Positions 12,201 to 26,767 of a DNA stretch of 64,000 nucleotides are shown here, piece after piece. Position numbers and translations under genes: made by a program. Source of the stretch: Octopus sinensis (lineage: Eukaryota); NCBI RefSeq assembly GCF_006345805.1, contig NC_042997.1, forward strand, positions 96,968,001-97,032,000, in the 5' to 3' direction. The notes below the pieces were generated by a model. The model saw nothing but the letters and a program-made list of their open reading frames with translations. It ran no database searches and was not told the DNA's origin. Each line of letters begins with the position of its first letter. Position 1 is the stretch's first letter.

Positions 12201-13964
12201 CTGGATATATATAGATTTTCACAGTAACCACAGTCACTGGCGTAGAAAATCTGTTCGAAAACAATAATAAATCTCTGGGCGAGATATAAACAGTAACTGC
12301 TCTATAACATAAGAGGGATCAGCCATCTGAATGTGGCTAGGGTCAGGGCGGGGTGGTGGGAGTGTTACTGATGCATTTAGCCCCAGGCGAACATCGACGT
12401 CACCAGAACCGGTCCGTGTGTAGTATCCGTATCTTCGGGGAGGCTGATCTCCCTTTGCTGGCTGGCAAGGACACCGAGATGGTGTCAGCTCTTCTGGTGA
12501 CGTCGATGTTCGCCTGGGGCTAAATGCATCAGTAACACCCCCACCACCCCGCCCTGACCCTAGCCACATTCAGATGGCTGATCCCTCTTATGTTATAGAG
12601 CAGTGACTGTTTATATCTCGCCCAGAGATTTATTAATATTAAAATAGTACTACAGCAATGTTGACATATTTTTTAACAATTATTCATGCCTTCACAGCAT
12701 GTGGCCAATGTCCTCTTATACTTATTGGAAAGAAGAGTATGAAAAGCAGTATTTACTCACGGTTTTTTTCAAAATTGCGTCCGGTGCGTTTCGATAATGA
12801 TTGCAAAGAGCATAAGCAGATGTATGACTGAAAATAACTGGAGCTTTTGATTCATCAAGAGCATCTTCCATTGTTCGAACTGCTACGTGAGACAAATCTA
12901 CCAACATTCCGAGACGGTTCATTTCATGTATGACTTTCTATATAACGGAGAATAAAGTAAAATTATACGGCAACATAGATGATGAAACATAATCAAAAGC
13001 ATATATTCACATGCAAAAGAAGCAGTGATTGTTGTCAACCATTAGAAAACATATCACGAGACCATTAAACAACTTATATCTTAATGTAAGTATATCCAAA
13101 TATGGAAAAAACTTGAGTGGTCTCTCGTTCCTGAAAGAAAATATTTTATTTCGCTATTGCAAATTAAACAAACATTCGTTAATTATCTTGTAGATTACAG
13201 CATATCGAAGATATGCATCAACAAATATTACAGCCAACGAAGAAGCATGGATGGGACCGCATGATTTAATAAATATGGCAGCCAATTTTATTTTAAACTA
13301 GAGCCTACGATCTGGATAAGGAAGAAACATTTTTATTTTTTTGTCGCCCACATGGGGCTAAACACAAAGGGGACAAACAAGGACAGACAAAAGGATAAAG
13401 TCGATTTCATCAACCCCAGCGCGTAATTGGTACTTATTTAATGGACTCCGAAAGGATGAAAGGCAAAGTCGACTTCGGCGGAATTTGAACTCAGAACGTA
13501 ACGGCAGACGAAATACCGTTAGGAATTTTTCCCGGCGTGCTAACGATTCTCCCAGCTCGCAGCCCTATAAGGAAGAAACATATTACATCAAGTAAACCAA
13601 GATCTACGATAATTTTCTGAAGGTGGTGGCCAGAAAAAGTATCAAACTCGTTCAATTCAGGAAAGGCTAATATGAAGCTTAAAAATAACAACTAAGGAGA
13701 GAGACTGTATAAAATTCCACCACCTACCAGAAAAGCAACCAAATTGCTCTCAATTCATATCCTGCCGTCTTAACTAAAGAAACATAATGCATTCACTAAA
13801 ATACTGAAAGAAGGTGGCATAGCCATGGCAAAAATGCTTTTTATCATAGGTTCTCTTGCTCAATCAATCTCAAGAAGAAATCTCCATACCCTATATATAT
13901 GCGCGCGTGTGTGTATGTGTGCACTTGTATATGTGTATGTCTCCTCCTCTCTCTGCCTCTGTAT

Positions 13965-14030
<66 letters not shown>

Positions 14031-14771
14031 TCGGAGGTACACAAAGGTAACCGGAAACGTTCGCTGTCGGACAAGCCCGCTGTAGTTCAGGTTTCCGCCG
14101 CTAGAAGCCACTTAATGCAACCCTCAGACATCAGTCTGCCAACTAGCGTCGTCCAGTGTAGTTGTACTGTGACGTGGTAGTCTTTGTTTTGTATTGCTCT
14201 CCTCTGTTCGTCAATTTTTGAGATGTCTGAAACGAAGGAACAGCGAGCTTCCGAGAAATTCTGTTTCCTGCCGAGGAAAACGGCAACCTAAACAGTTGTC
14301 TTATTTCAAACAGCTTAGGAAGCCCCTATCATGAGCATAACACAAGTTTACAAGTGATTTTCACGATTTATGAATGGTCACTTGTCACTTGAGGACCAAC
14401 CTCGTATCATATAAATTTATGAACTGATCTTAGATAACCATCACCGAACAATTGACAAACTTGTTATGATTGGTGTGTCCTGTAGCTCCTGTCAACAAAT
14501 TTATAGCGAGGAATTGCGAATGAAAAGAGTTACAGCAAACGTGTGCCTCGCTTATTCACGGGAGATACAAAGCAGTCACGACTGAATGCATGTCGTAAAC
14601 TGAAAGAACAGATAGAAGTTGATCCGGACTTGTTTCCGAAGGTCATCACTGGATTGATGCATTGTTTCAAATGAGGTATACTTTGAAGGCGATAAAAGTG
14701 TGAACATGTAAAACTAGGTGAATAAAGTAATATTGCAAAATTCCGGTTTCTTTTGAGTAACCCCTCGTATA

Positions 14772-14818
<47 letters not shown>

Positions 14819-15122
14819 TCATCATCATCATCATCATCATCATCGTGACCGACCAGGCTATCAGATGTTGCTGGTCACAATGCGCTTCGCATTGTTTTAG
14901 CCGTCAAATGACGCCACCCCGCAGGCTAAGCGAGCAGGCCAACAGAAGAGAGAGAAAGTTGGGGCGAAGGAGTACAGCAGGGATCGCCACCACCCTCTGG
15001 CGGAGCCTCGTGGAGCTTTAGGTGTTTTCGCTCAATAAACACTCACAACGCCCAGTCTGGGAATCGAAACCGCGTTGCAGCGACCGCGAGTCCGCTGCCC
15101 TAATCACTGGGCCATTGCGCCT

Positions 15123-15189
<67 letters not shown>

Positions 15190-17613
15190 CATATGCCTAA
15201 GGCTTTTTATGCAAACACACGTCTTAAATTCGGTATCGAACCCCTTTGACTTTGTTAATTTTTCATGTCTTTCTCGGAGAATAACATCCGAAACATTAAA
15301 TTCTTATGTATCTTTCTTTTGACGCTTTCATCTTGAATCAAAACATTTTTTCTCTTTGTATTTCTACGCTCGTGCAGTTAAGTTTTACCTTCTTCTGACT
15401 CCACATATTATTTGTCTGTTTTACTTTCCTCTGCTTCTTAGACGTATACCTGTTATTTGTAAGATTTCTTATTCATTTACGCACACACACACACACAGAC
15501 ACATATATGTATACCTACACACATGTTACATACAAATATGATTTTGGTTTTATATTTAAGAAATGAGGGATTATGTGCATTATTTACATTATTTACATTT
15601 CAAGGATATTTGTCCTCATCTTGTTCGAAATTTCCCCAAGACACCTGATGAGAGCTGGAGGGAATATCAGCCGAAACGTTGTGTTAACAACAAACAAGAT
15701 GAGAACAAATATCCGTCAAATGTAAATAGTGGAAATATAATTTTGTGTAAAATTATATATGCTAGCGTATATAGAATTATATTTGTAGACATCTAAATAT
15801 GTTTTTGTGGGTGTTATTTATTTATTACAATCAAAAAATAAGTATTCTCTATATGGTGTAGAGTTTAGTTGAAACTTTTTCAAATTAATTATAGGCGTAG
15901 GAGTGGCTGTGTGGTAAGTAGCTTGCTTAACAACCACAAGGTTCCGGGTTCAGTCCCACTGCGTGGAACCTTGGGCAAGTGTCTTCTACTATAACCTCAG
16001 GCCGACCAAAGATTTGGTAGACGGAAACTGAAAGAATCCCGTCGTATGCATATGTATGTGTTTGTGTATCTGTGTTTGTCCCCCAACATCGCTTGACAAC
16101 CGATGCTGGTGTGTTTACGTCCCCATAACTTAGCGGTTCGGCAAATGGGACCGATAGAATAAACAATAGGCTTACAAAGAATAAGTCCTGGAGTTGATTT
16201 GCCCGACTAAAGGCGGTGCTCCAGCATGGCCACAGTCAAATGACTGAAACAAGTAAAAGAGTAAAGAGTAACCATTATAAAGTAGATATAAATTCTCATA
16301 CGAAAATGAACGTCCGGATAATATTTGAATTAATGCTCGAAAATATGCTGGTTTTGAACCATTCTTTAAGCATTTTTACATAAAGCATTTACTATGATTG
16401 ATAGACATATTTCTCCATCGGTTTGTAAATATAGCGAGCTGGCGAATAGAAAAGTATATGACGAGAAAACAAACTTTCTTATGTTTATGCCTTGATAAGG
16501 CAAAAAGCATGAATAACCACTATGATTAAACTTCAGTAATTTCAGGTTCTTCCGTTATTTTCGGATTATTTTTGCCAGTTAATATATAAGAAACTTTTAT
16601 GGCTGGATATTAATACGTAGGAAGTTTTAATATTCATATACATGCATTTCGATACCTGTGTGTTTGCGCGCACACGCGTGTATGAGCGTGTGTTTGTATG
16701 TGCATATATGTATGTATATGTATACATGTGTTGCGTGAGTATGTATATGTGTATGCATATATATATATATATATATATATTTACTTATATTTCTCATATA
16801 TTTTATTGTATTTATTATATATATATATATATATATACTTATATTTCTCATCTATCTTTTCATTTTATTTATATATATATTTACTGATATTTCTCATATA
16901 ATTTTTATTTTATTTATTTTTTTATACATATATATATATATTTACTTATATTTCTCATATATTTTTATTCTATTTGTTTTTTATACACACACACATATAT
17001 ATATTTACTTATATTTCTCATATATTTTTTATTTCATTTATTTTTTATACATATATTTCTTACATATTTATAGAGATATTGGTTTATAGGTTTATTGCTT
17101 ATATATTTTTTGCACATAATTTTTTCGGTATTCTACCTTCCACCCTGCATTTTCCCTGTGCGTATATAGACGTGTATATGGAATCTTTTGTGCGCGCGTG
17201 TGGATGTATGCGTGTGTGCGTGTATGTGCGTATATAGATGTGTGCGTGTGTGCGTGCATGCGAGTACGTGCGTATATAGACGTATTTTACTCAGTGTTTT
17301 TACATATTTTCCTGTATTTTTGCCTTTAGCCTCAGTGTGCGGGCGCGCATGTGTAGGTATGAATATGCACCTTACGCGAATACTATGAATCTTTTTTACC
17401 CCCTTATTTTTACTCCCTCCCCTCACTTAGCGGTCATTGAAATAGCTCTTTTGTCTTAATAACGGTCAATCACATAGTATTTCCCTTTATATAACGGTCA
17501 CTTTTCATAGCATTTTTCCGATGGCCGGATATGGCGGCGTGGATTTTCACCTCGGCATCCGAAACTCGGAGTTTTATCATGGCTACCGAATAATTGTCAC
17601 ATATTACATTTAC

Positions 17614-17677
<64 letters not shown>

Positions 17678-18907
17678 TTATCCCCGTCTGTCTTGATAGA
17701 CAATGGGTTGCGCCAAGGGTGGGGCCTACTTTGATGATGTGCAGCGTCTGCTGTGACTGAACAGTCCAATTCTAGAGTGGCAGTCCTTGATACAGTTGCT
17801 GCACACGAACATCGATAGGTACGTGTGGGGTGTTGCTGCAGTTGTCCTCCTCCTGTCCCGCCTGTCCAACCACAGCTGTGCTCTCCTCTCCTCAGCCATG
17901 GAAACGCCTTTCCTCACCGTCCGACGCCAGGCAGAGCGGTCAGCAGCTGTTTCCTCCCACGTGCCCACACAGATGTTGGCAGTCCTCAGGTCGCGCTTGC
18001 ACAGGATCCCGTGGTGAGTTCGCTGTACAGGATGTCTTTAGGCATGCGACCGTCCTGCATGCGGCAGACGTGTCCGAGCCAGCGCAGTCGTCTCCGCACG
18101 AGGAGGGCATACATGCTTGGCATATTAGTCTGCATATATATATATATATATATGTATGTATATAAATATATAACTGTGTGTGTGTACACGAGACAACGAC
18201 AAAACAACTTTAGCGGTGTTTCAAAATATTCATACGTACAGCGGTTTCAAGAAAACCTTTATATAAGGCTATGTACTTTGAGTGTATAAAATTCTCACGG
18301 GTTTCTGTAAATGTGATTTACAAAGTTCATCTCTGTTTAGTTTAATATTGGAAAGAAACTACAGGATGAATATAAAAATGAGAAAATAATTTAGAGATAA
18401 GGAGAGAAGTAAATTTATTTATAAGAAGTAAAGACAAAAGTTAAATAAGGAACACACACACACATATATATATAAATAAAACATTTGTCTTAGATATTGT
18501 TGTTCAAAAGTTAAGTACTAAATTATTGCAAAATAGATAACTTCTTAGTATATTTGTAGATTTCATGGATGCCAGCGGGTTATAAATCATCAAAAAGTTT
18601 AATATATATTTGTGACGTATTGAACAACTTCGGGAGAGACAAATATTTATAGATGTTCTGTACATCTAAATGTGAAAACAACTATATGTATATATATATA
18701 CTTCCACCACCTCCTCTTTATATACACAGATACAGACATATATATTTACATATATGTATGTCTATCACCTTACTCTTTATATATATATATACAGACACAC
18801 GCATATATATACTTACGTGCAGACATACACACACATACACGTTTTCCTGCATATATGAGCATACACTTACACAAAAATATATATATGTATGTATATGTAT
18901 ATATATA

Positions 18908-18944
<37 letters not shown>

Positions 18945-19227
18945 TGTGTGTGGGCATGTATGTATACACAAATAAGCAGATACACGTACACATGAATGCA
19001 GATATCCATACAAGTATATGTGCACACACACATACATATGTACACAAACTCATAAAATTAAACATACACATAGATACAGATAACTGCATGCATATATATA
19101 CATAGATATACATACACTCATACAGATACACCTGCAGATATATATTTATATATATATAGATATACGCTCTTATATACACCTACACACACACAGAGACGCA
19201 CGCACATAAACACACACACACACACAC

Positions 19228-19264
<37 letters not shown>

Positions 19265-20247
19265 GACGATGAAACAGATGTCTATGGGCACACATATATT
19301 TTTGTTTTATTACAAGAAATCAGATTTTGGATACTTCTACATTGGCACTCGATACACTACCATCCAGAATGTATGATATTTTAACAGTATAAATTAATAG
19401 TATGACGTATATTATAAACAATGTCACCGATGATACGTATGTTTATCAAATATATGGTAAAACGCCGTTTTCAAATTTTGGCACAAAGCCAGCAATTTTG
19501 GAGGTGGGAATACGTCGATTACATCGAACCCCCGAATGGATGAAAAGCAAAGTCAGCCTAAGCAGAATTTGAACTCAGAGCGTAAAGACGGAAAAAACGC
19601 CGGTAACCATTTAACGCGACATGAATGTATGATAAAATATTGATTTCAAATTTTGTCACCAGGTCAGCAATTCTGGGTGAGTAGATAAGTCGATTACGAC
19701 GACCCCAGTGTTCGATTGTTACTTAATTTATAGGCCCTAAATGTATGAAGGGAAAAGTCGACATCGGCAGATTTCGAACTCAGAACGTAAAGACGAGCGA
19801 AATTCCGCTAAGCATTTTACCCGGTGCGGTAACGATTCGGCCAGCTCATCATCCTAATTAATATTCATCACATTTGCATCAAATTTTCAATGGAAAGCGC
19901 AACTTTGATGCAAGTCTGATGAAGTGTCATTTTAATGCCTAAAACCGGAAACATTACGTAAATTTTTCACTTTGAATTTTTGCGTAAACTGACCTTGCCA
20001 GCAAAGTTTGCACAGAAACAATTATAACGAACCATTAAAGATGTATTAGAAAATGCCTTTGCCTTCTTATCATTTAGGTTATATATATATAGGTGTAGAA
20101 GTGGCTGTGTGGTAAGTACCTTGCTTACCAACCACGTGGTTCCGGGTTCAGTCCACTGCGTGACACCTTGGGCAAGTGTCTTCTACGACCAAAGCGTTGT
20201 GAGTGGATTTGGTAGACGGAAACTGAAAGAAGCCCGTTGTATGTATG

Positions 20248-20292
<45 letters not shown>

Positions 20293-20538
20293 TGTGTGGT
20301 GTGTGTGTGTGTGCGTGAGTATGTGTTTGTGTGTCTGTGTTTTTTCCCAAAAAATCGATTGACAACCGATGCTGGTGTCTTTACGTCCCCGTAACTTAGC
20401 GGTTCGGCAAAAGAGACCAATGGAATATGTACTAGGCTTACAAAGAATAAGTCCAGGGGTCGATTTGCTCGTCTAAAGGCGGTGCTCCAGCATGGCCACA
20501 GTCAAATGACTGAAACAAGTATAAAGAGTAAGAGAATA

Positions 20539-20611
<73 letters not shown>

Positions 20612-22380
20612 TATATATATATAAATTTAACAATTAAGGATAACTTCTTAATAAGGAATCTTAACAAGAAATTATCAGGTAGTTAGCATGAAAAACCTCA
20701 TAAGAGAAAAATTCGAAAATAATTTTTTTCTTTTGAAAATATTAATTTATATTGTATAGAGGGCATTATTACACATAAATGCCTCACACTAAGAGGGACA
20801 TAAGTCATTACTACCAAAATTTCACTAATCGTACCTAATGTAGTTTTCGAAGCAAGACATTTAAAAAATGAATTAAAAAAATGAATTTAGTTCTACTAAA
20901 TATATATATTTATATATATATTCTTGTACTGAGATTGAATCTTTGCTTATCGACAAATGCGCAAGTAATAAAACGCTGAATTTTCATATTTTCGTATCTT
21001 CATATATATGCAAAGATTCAATCTCAGTAGAAGATCGCCTAAACAAGGAAAACCTGTTCATGCAAAAGTACAGACCACACCTCTATATACAAATTTGACC
21101 ATTTTAAAAATTATACTAAGGAGGCAGTTGTCTCCCTTGCCACCTGTTGCTTCCCTTGGTTCACTCTCTAGACTCATTCTTCTTATTCTTCAAATATCCA
21201 AAATGACGTGACCCCTCTGTCACGAGAACTGATTACTGTTGCAATGACCCTTGAAAGGCTTATTTAAATAACGAAAACCGGTTGCCTTTCACAGCATTCA
21301 TATAATATGTTTGTATTTATAAAAAGATATTAAACTATATGAAACGAAGGCATTTCTCTTCCACTTTTTATATTCTTCCACATATTTTCAGCTAATTTTG
21401 CCACATGGTGTATACTGTATCTTCAATATCTTGGCACCTTGCATATTTTTATATTTCTATCTCTCTCTCTCTCTCTATATATATATCTATATATATATAT
21501 AGATATATATATATAAATTTAACAATTAAGGATAACTTCTTAATAAGGAATCTTAATAAGAAATTATCAGGTAGTTAGCATGAAAAACCTCATAAGAGAA
21601 AAATTCGAAAATAATTTTTTTCTTTTGAAAATATTAATTTATATTGTATAGAGGGCATTATTACACATAAATGCTTCACACTAAGAGGGAAATAAGTCAT
21701 TACTACCAAAATTTCACTAATCGTACCTAATGCAGTTTTCGCAGCAAGACATTTAAAAAATGAATTTAAAAAATGAATTTAGTTCTACTAAATATATATA
21801 TTTATATATATATATTCTTGTACTGAGAATATATATATATATTCTTGTACTGAGATTGAATCGTTGCTTATCGACAAATGCGCAAGTAATAAAACGCTGA
21901 ATTTTCATATTTTCGTATCTTCATATATATGTAAAGATTCAATCTCAGTAGAAGATCGCCTAAACAAGGAAAACCTGTTCATGCAAAAGTACAGACCACA
22001 CCTCTATATACAAATTTGACCATTTTAAAAATTATACTAAGGAGGCAGTTGTCTCCCTTGCCACCTGTTGCTTCCCTTGGTTCACTCTCTAGACTCATTC
22101 TTCTTATTCTTCAAATATCCAAAATGACGTGACCCCTCCGTCACGAGAACTGATTACTGTTGCAATGACCCTTGAAAGGCTTATTTAAATAACGAAAACC
22201 GGTTGCCTTTCACAGCATTCATATAATATGTTTGTATTTATAAAAAGATATTAAACTATATGAAACGAAGGCATTTCTCTTCCACTTTTTATATTCTTCC
22301 ACATATTTTCAGCTAATTTTGCCACATGGTGTATACTGTATCTTCAATATCTTGGCACCTTGCATATTTTTATATTTCTA

Positions 22381-22435
<55 letters not shown>

Positions 22436-23952
22436 TATATATATGAGGAGGCGCAATGGCCCAGTGGTTAGGGCAGCGGACTCGCGGTCGGAGGATTGCG
22501 GTTTCGTTGTGTATGTTTATTGAACAAAAGCACCTAAAGCTCCACGGGGCTCCGGCAGGGGTGGTGGCGCCCCCTGTTGTACTCACTCTCTCTTCCTGTT
22601 TCTTGATTAACGCTGCGATGGACTGGGGAACACATACGCCACAGAAACCGGGAACCCGGGCCCATGAGCCTGGCTAGGCTTGAAAAGGACGCATAAATTA
22701 AAAATAATATATATTTATGTGTGTGTGTATGCGACGGGATAACTGGAAACGTTCTCTGTTATGGTTCAGGCTTCCTCTGCTTGAAGCCACTTGATGCCAT
22801 CCTCAGACATCTGTCTACCAACCGATGTCGTCGTGTGAACTCCTAGGGCTACGTGGTGCGTCTTTGCTTTGCAGTGCTTCTCCCCTCTTCGTCGATTTTT
22901 GTGATGGGGGAAACGAAGGGACAGCATGCTTCTGTGAAATGCTCTTAATATTGAGCTAGGAATTGCGAATGAGAAGAGTTGCAGCAAAATGTGTGCCGCA
23001 CTTGCTCACGGGAGATCAAAAACAGTCACAACTGAATGCGTATCGTGAACTGAAAGAACAATTGGAAATTGATCCGAACCTTGTTTTTTTTTTTTTTTTT
23101 TTTTTTTTTTTGAAAGATTATCCCTGGTGATGAATGCTGGCACCACGTCTAGCACCCGGAAACGAAATAGTAATCAAGTCAATGGAAACATTCAATGGCA
23201 CCCCCTCCAAAAAGTGTCAAATGAAGTCCATTGTTAATTCAATGCTGATTTGTTTTATTGATGCTAAAGGAATTGTCCACACCGCATTTGTTCCACCTGG
23301 TCAAACTATTAACTAGACAATTTACTTGGTAGTTCTCTGCGGTTGCGAGACTCGGTGAGACGAAAACGCCCCGGCCAGCGACTAAGTAGAGTGGTGGTTT
23401 CATCAGGACAATGCACCTGAAACACCGCTTTGATGGGAGACAAGTTTCGACCAAAAATGGCATGACACCGCTTACCCACCCTCCTTTTTCACTCGACCTT
23501 GCACCCTGCAACATTTTTTGTTTCCCCAAATTAAAAAAACCTTTAAAGGAAAACGTTTTGCAGATGTAGAAGAGGAGAAGAAAACGACAGAAATGCTAGA
23601 AGGCATCAATTCGCAAGAGTTCCAGGACTGCTTCGACCAGTGGAAAACGCAACTTCAAATGGAGAATACTTTGCTTCAAATGGAGAATACTTTGAAGGCG
23701 ATAAAAATGTAAACACGTAAAACTAAGTGAATAAAATAATATTGCAAAATTCCAATTTTCTATGGGTACCCTTCGTATGTGTGTGTGTGTATGCATGTAT
23801 CTTTTTGTTTCCGTCTACCAAATACACTTACAAGGCTTTGGTCCGAGGCTACAGTAAATGACGCTTGCCCAAGATGTCAAGCAATGGAAATGAACCCGGT
23901 TGGGAAGCAAGCTTCTTACCACACAGCCACTCCTGCGCCTATATATATATAT

Positions 23953-24025
<73 letters not shown>

Positions 24026-24426
24026 AAAATAGATAGGCAGACAGACAAACAGACAGATTAAATACTGGGGTGTTACCCGCATATCACATGTAACTGTAGA
24101 AGTCAACTTCTGTTACAAAGGGTAAATGTCAGAAAATATGGCGTCCATACAATAAAAATAATCTAAATTTTATCAAATTTCTTGGTGCTCATACAAATTG
24201 ATAAAATAAACGCTAATTTTCAAAAGAAAATACATATTAGTTTAAAACAATGTGCGATAAAACTAAATTCTTTTTTGTGTATATGTGATAGATATATGTT
24301 ATTATTTTCTAAATTTTTATCAACATAATCGAAATTTGCTCTATTGTAAACCTAAGTCTGGAAATTTCATTAAAAAATATGTATTTTTTTAGAAAGTTAT
24401 AAAACACTCATTTTACTCTTATGTTG

Positions 24427-24465
<39 letters not shown>

Positions 24466-26259
24466 CTCTCTCTCTCTTACCCTCTCTCTATACGATGTAA
24501 AGCGTGCCTGGAGAAACCTACCAACCAACGAATATCTATAATGACTATTATATGTATGTGTGTGTTTACATATAAACATACAAAAGAAACTGGTATTTTG
24601 CAATGTTATTTTATTCACTTAGTTTTATATGTTTACACTTTTATCACCTTCAAACTATTCTCCATTTGAAGAACTATATCGGTCCAGACACATTTTCCAC
24701 TGTTCAAAGCACTGCTGGAACTCTTGCGAAGTGATTATTTTAACGGCTCCGTTGTTTTTTTTTTTCCTTCACCTCTTCCGGAATACCAGTTCTCGTCACA
24801 AGTAATAACCTTAAAAAAAAGAGGTTGGGATCACTTTCCAACTGTTCTTTCAGTTCACGACACGCATTCGGTCGTGACTGCTTTTTATCTCCTGCAACTC
24901 TTTTCATTCGCAATTCCTCGCTCAAAATTCATTGGCAGGAGTTCCAGGGCTCACCGGTTATATCAGCAAGTTCGTCAATTGTTCGGTAACGGTCCGCCAA
25001 GGTCAGTTCATGAATTTTCATGATGTTTTAATTCATTCGGGAGGGGATGGACGCTCTGAACGAGGTGGGTCTTCAAGCGACAAGTGAGCATTCATAAAGC
25101 GTGAAAAATAAACTCGTAGACATGTGTTTTGCTCATGGCAGCGGCCTCCTAAGCTGTTTGGAATAAGACAAGGCTGCCGTTTTCATCGACAGAAAATAGA
25201 ATTTCACGGAAGCACGTTGTTCCTTCGTTTCAGCCATCGCAAAGCAAGGACGCACTCACGGGTAGTGAATCGACGATTTCCCCTGACCGCTGTACGCACA
25301 TCTGCGATGTTTTTCTCAGTTCTGCCGGTTGCGGATCTCCTAGAACGTTCGTCACTATCAACATTCTTTCGGCCATCTTGGAAATGTCTGAACCACTCGT
25401 ACACTTGTATGCGGCTCATACGCTGATCTCCATACATTTTCTGCAACTTTGCATTACAGGTGTCGCCAAGCTTTTGGCAAAATTTGATACAGATTCTCTA
25501 CTTAACTTTCTCTGTGATGGTCAATGCGACGATCACACGCTACACACGTTCCTTCCAAGCACTGCTGTAAACAGTGTACTACGGTAAAGCAGAGGTAAGG
25601 TCAATCTCTGCCAAGCGTCTTCACTCTGCGTGCTTTAGCTTCGTTACTATGGCAACAGTTCGGATACTTCTTGAGTAGACCACCACGTATATACATATAC
25701 ACACACATGCATACGCGCACGCACATACATGTGTGAGCATGTGTGTGTGTGTGTTTATTTTCTATTGCCCATTCCATTTAATTCTAGGTATTTCAATATA
25801 TTCAAAATATTGATTTTTCTGCTAAACGTCATTACCTGATAGGCTATTTGCAATATATTTTGCAATGGTTTTCACGTCCATAAGCTGATTTGAAATCATT
25901 TTTAATGGTAATTTCGGTTCTTAGTACTTTCTTTAGTACTGTTTTATTTAGTTATTTATTTTACAAGAAAACTGTACCTTCATTAATATTACGCAATTAC
26001 AGCTTCTTCTGGCGCTGTCACTATCCTTTTAACCCACACAGGTTCGTATGGAATTAATTCTTTAACTACTACTTATTTTTCGTCTACTGATCACGTTAAG
26101 ACGCCATTTAATTTACTGCTCAGTTTTGCGTGGGTTTATTCTTTTCGTTAGAAACACAAACTTGTGTTCGTAGAAAATGTGAAAATACTTAATATGTATA
26201 CGTGAGTACATACATACACTAACAAAGTCATTATACAAAGATGCACTTACACACACACT

Positions 26260-26290
<31 letters not shown>

Positions 26291-26338
26291 CACTCAGAGT
26301 AACAAGTTATGTTGAATTTTCTGCTGCTTTAAATAAAG

Positions 26339-26371
<33 letters not shown>

Positions 26372-26716
26372 ATAGAATATATATACATATATATACGTGT
26401 ATATATATAGAATATATACATACAAGATATGTACGCGGAGTAGATGAAACAGGGACAACTGAAGAAGGGGAATATTTCTTGTGCTGTATGTCTTGTACTT
26501 TGATTTTTTTCGTTGTTTGAAAAAAGTTCGTTTCTATGTTCTTGTTTTTATGTTTTCGTTTCTCATTGTGTTCAAAGTATTTTTTGTCCTGTACCCATAT
26601 ATGCATGTATATATACATATACATGTAGGTATGTGTATATTTATAGGTATGTACATTTATGTATGTATATATGCTATATTTATATATGTAGGTATGTACA
26701 TATATGTATGCATATA

Positions 26717-26767
<51 letters not shown>

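Noticed and set aside
11971-12569. Two ORFs on opposite strands with identical N-terminal peptides ([11 protein letters not shown]...)
   Set aside because: A by-product of the inverted duplication of a GC-rich non-coding unit. They start at GTG/ATG by chance and show no domain similarity.
12722-12922. ORF-track start (MNRLG) and C-terminal tail ([12 protein letters not shown])
   Set aside because: The true exon is bounded by AG at 12938-12939 and GT at 12760-12759. The tail is intron read-through and the Met is internal.
26455-26490. CTGAAGA followed by a weak hairpin (hammerhead-like start)
   Set aside because: No GAAA or NUH follows.
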